The position numbers were made by a program, and so were the translations under genes. Below the pieces are notes generated by a model that saw only the letters and a program-made list of their open reading frames with translations, ran no database searches and was not told where the DNA came from. From Octopus bimaculoides (lineage: Eukaryota), in the NCBI RefSeq assembly GCF_001194135.2, contig NC_068984.1:114179322-114243321 (forward strand): a stretch of DNA of 64,000 bases. The letters run 5' to 3'. Numbering within the stretch: the first letter of the stretch is position 1; the number at the start of each line of letters is the position of its first letter. This document shows positions 61,824 through 64,000 of the stretch, piece after piece.

Positions 61824-64000
61824 CTGAAAAACAAGAAAATTAAAAACAATCAGCATTCTACTAATAATAAATTTTTGAAAGTACAAAACTTGTGTACTCA
61901 TGTCTATTTTTTTCATTTCACATATCTAACAAATCAGAATCATACTTTTTGCAAAAGCAATTGAATACCAATAAATTTCATATAATTATGAAGAATTAAA
62001 TATATTAATGTAAATATGAAAATTATATTACAACTGAAAAGCCAAATAAATAAACAGCTTTTATTTCTTTTCCTGTAATACAGAAGGATTAACAAACAAT
62101 ACTAATCCAGCATAAGACTTTTCTAATGATCTTACACAGCTAATTAAAACTGAGCATTGTGCTTCTAATAAGCAGAATAGCAAAAGGTTTTGAATGAAAG
62201 AGAATTGAACAGAAATGAAAACTAACCAATAAAACTGGGAGAGTTAGTTTTGTTATATAAACCAATCCCATGAATGGAGAAAATTTAACTGGAAATTCTC
62301 ATTTTATGCTTATCTGAATAAGCTGCATTAACAGTGCACAACATCTCCATGATTAAAATTAAAGGTATTTTAGTGTCATCATTATTTTTGTCTTTATAAC
62401 AATGTACTGTATAAAGATATGTGTAACAAAATTGAATCATGAAAAAAAATTTACACAAGATGTTTTGACAGTTTGATGGGCTATATTGTCTGCTTTGGCA
62501 TGGTTTCTATAGCTGGATACCCTTCCTAATGCCAATCACTTTACAGTGTTCTGGGTGTTTTTTTTTTTTCATGTGACATCAGCAGTGACATTTTTTTTTT
62601 TTTAAATGGCACTAACACCAGCGGGGTTGCTGAGTAACTTGCGGGACAAAAGACCTTTCAGCCAAGAAAGGGAGTGGAACCGTAGGGAAGTAGCTTTGTG
62701 CCAAGTGAGAGGTTAGAGTATAATAGGGGAATAGAGATAGGTGTTTACTATAGAGAAGGATACTTGGCTACCCCGGCCACAAAAGTCACACACACACACA
62801 CACACACACACAAAAAAAAATCTTTTATCTTTTGTTTCAGTAATTTGACTGCAGCCATGCTGGGGCACCACCTTAAAGGGTTTTAGTTGAACAAATTAAC
62901 CTCAGGACTTCTTTTTAAGCCTAGTACTTATTCTATTGTCCCTGTTGCTGCACCACTAAGTTACAGGGATGTAAATACACTAACACTGGTTGTTATGTGG
63001 TGGTAGAAGACAAACAGATATACATACATAGATATGCCTTTCTGTTATGTATTTACACATGCCCATATACATATACTAGCAAACAGATCTGTCCTTTGTA
63101 CGGTTTAAGTTGCTTTGGTGGTAATTTTTCACTAATTTTACTACCCAAAAGGTTTATGAGTAGCACAGCAATCTAAGATTTCCATTAACCTTGGAACAAA
63201 AAATGAAATTGAAGGCTAGTTGTGGAGGCTGTTGCATTTTAATGATCATAGAACATACAAGTTTGCAAGTGATGCAAAGAAGAGCTACTGAAGTGTCTTG
63301 GGAGTACAGATGACTACAAAATACAATTGTTTTACATGAAAGCAAAATTTCTTGTCAGTAACAGCCACATAAATGGTGTAAGGAAATTGAAGGAAGACAT
63401 TGAAAGTTCCCCTCTGCAAGTTTATTTTATTCAACAGCAAAGGGAGCTATTTTTTCGGAGAGATAAGCTAACAAAAGCCCCTTTATTCTATCTTCCCACA
63501 TAGCCTAAACATAAATTAACAGTGAATGCTGCATAAAGTTAAACTGGTATGGAGCTTTCTGAAAGATATGTATAGCTTTCACTGGTGGAAACAAAACTCT
63601 TATTTAAAGGTTGATTCTTTAGGACGAATCATATGTGGTTGTCTAAAAAAGGGCTAGAACAACAATGCTAAAACACATTTGAAACAATGGACATCGGTCA
63701 AAATATGATAACGGATGGGTATATAAGCATCCTTGAAGGTACACAAACAGAAAAGAAGAAAGGGAACATCATCTTTAAAGTAACTCAGAATAGGTAATGC
63801 TAAGCTTACTAAAGTTTAATGCAGTTTAAATATGTAGATTAAGTATTTGGTATTGGATATTCATCACATACAGTGTTCCTAGTCAACTGAAGCACTGTCA
63901 TAGGTGAACAGTGAAAATAGACAAAATCCTTTCACTTACAAAAAGATACAAAAAAATATGGAAGACTCTACATACAAAAAAACTATGTCCATTTACATCC

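Noticed and set aside
61824-64000. Further upstream KANSL1 coding exon
   Set aside because: No open frame with credible splice sites and KANSL1 similarity found; 5' exons presumably lie beyond the window.
1-64000. CRISPR arrays, operons, rRNA, U12-type introns
   Set aside because: None seen. The repeats are dispersed SINEs rather than regularly spaced arrays, and all modelled introns are GT-AG without the GTATCC signature.

Overview
AT-rich, microsatellite- and SINE-dense eukaryotic genomic DNA from a gapped draft assembly (nine N-gaps). The repeat content looks like a coleoid cephalopod, probably Octopus; this is inferred, not verified. Two convergent spliced genes can be reconstructed by hand with GT-AG boundaries and matching phases. 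(1) A complete DNAJC12 orthologue on + has 5 coding exons (2650-23444, 148 aa, HPD motif, C-terminal KFRNYEI). (2) The 3' part of a KANSL1/NSL1 orthologue on - has 7 coding exons (61823 down to 31475, about 911 aa in the window, WDR5-binding WIN-like motif and PEHE domain); its 5' exons lie beyond the window. Most ORFs in the supplied track are microsatellite, SINE or N-gap artefacts. Introns and the intergenic spacer hold at least four SINE families, remnants of RTE, R4/Dong-type, CR1/L2-type and Penelope-like retroelements, Tc1 and maT/mariner fossils, and hAT and TTAA (piggyBac-like) MITEs. The most unusual items are an internally deleted Merlin/ISXO2-like transposon with paired TIRs, two GG...CC foldback MITEs carrying telomeric TTAGGG repeats (one with a perfect 8-bp TSD), and several inverted-repeat pairs close to exons. 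No prokaryote-type system, tRNA or rRNA gene, or CRISPR array was seen.
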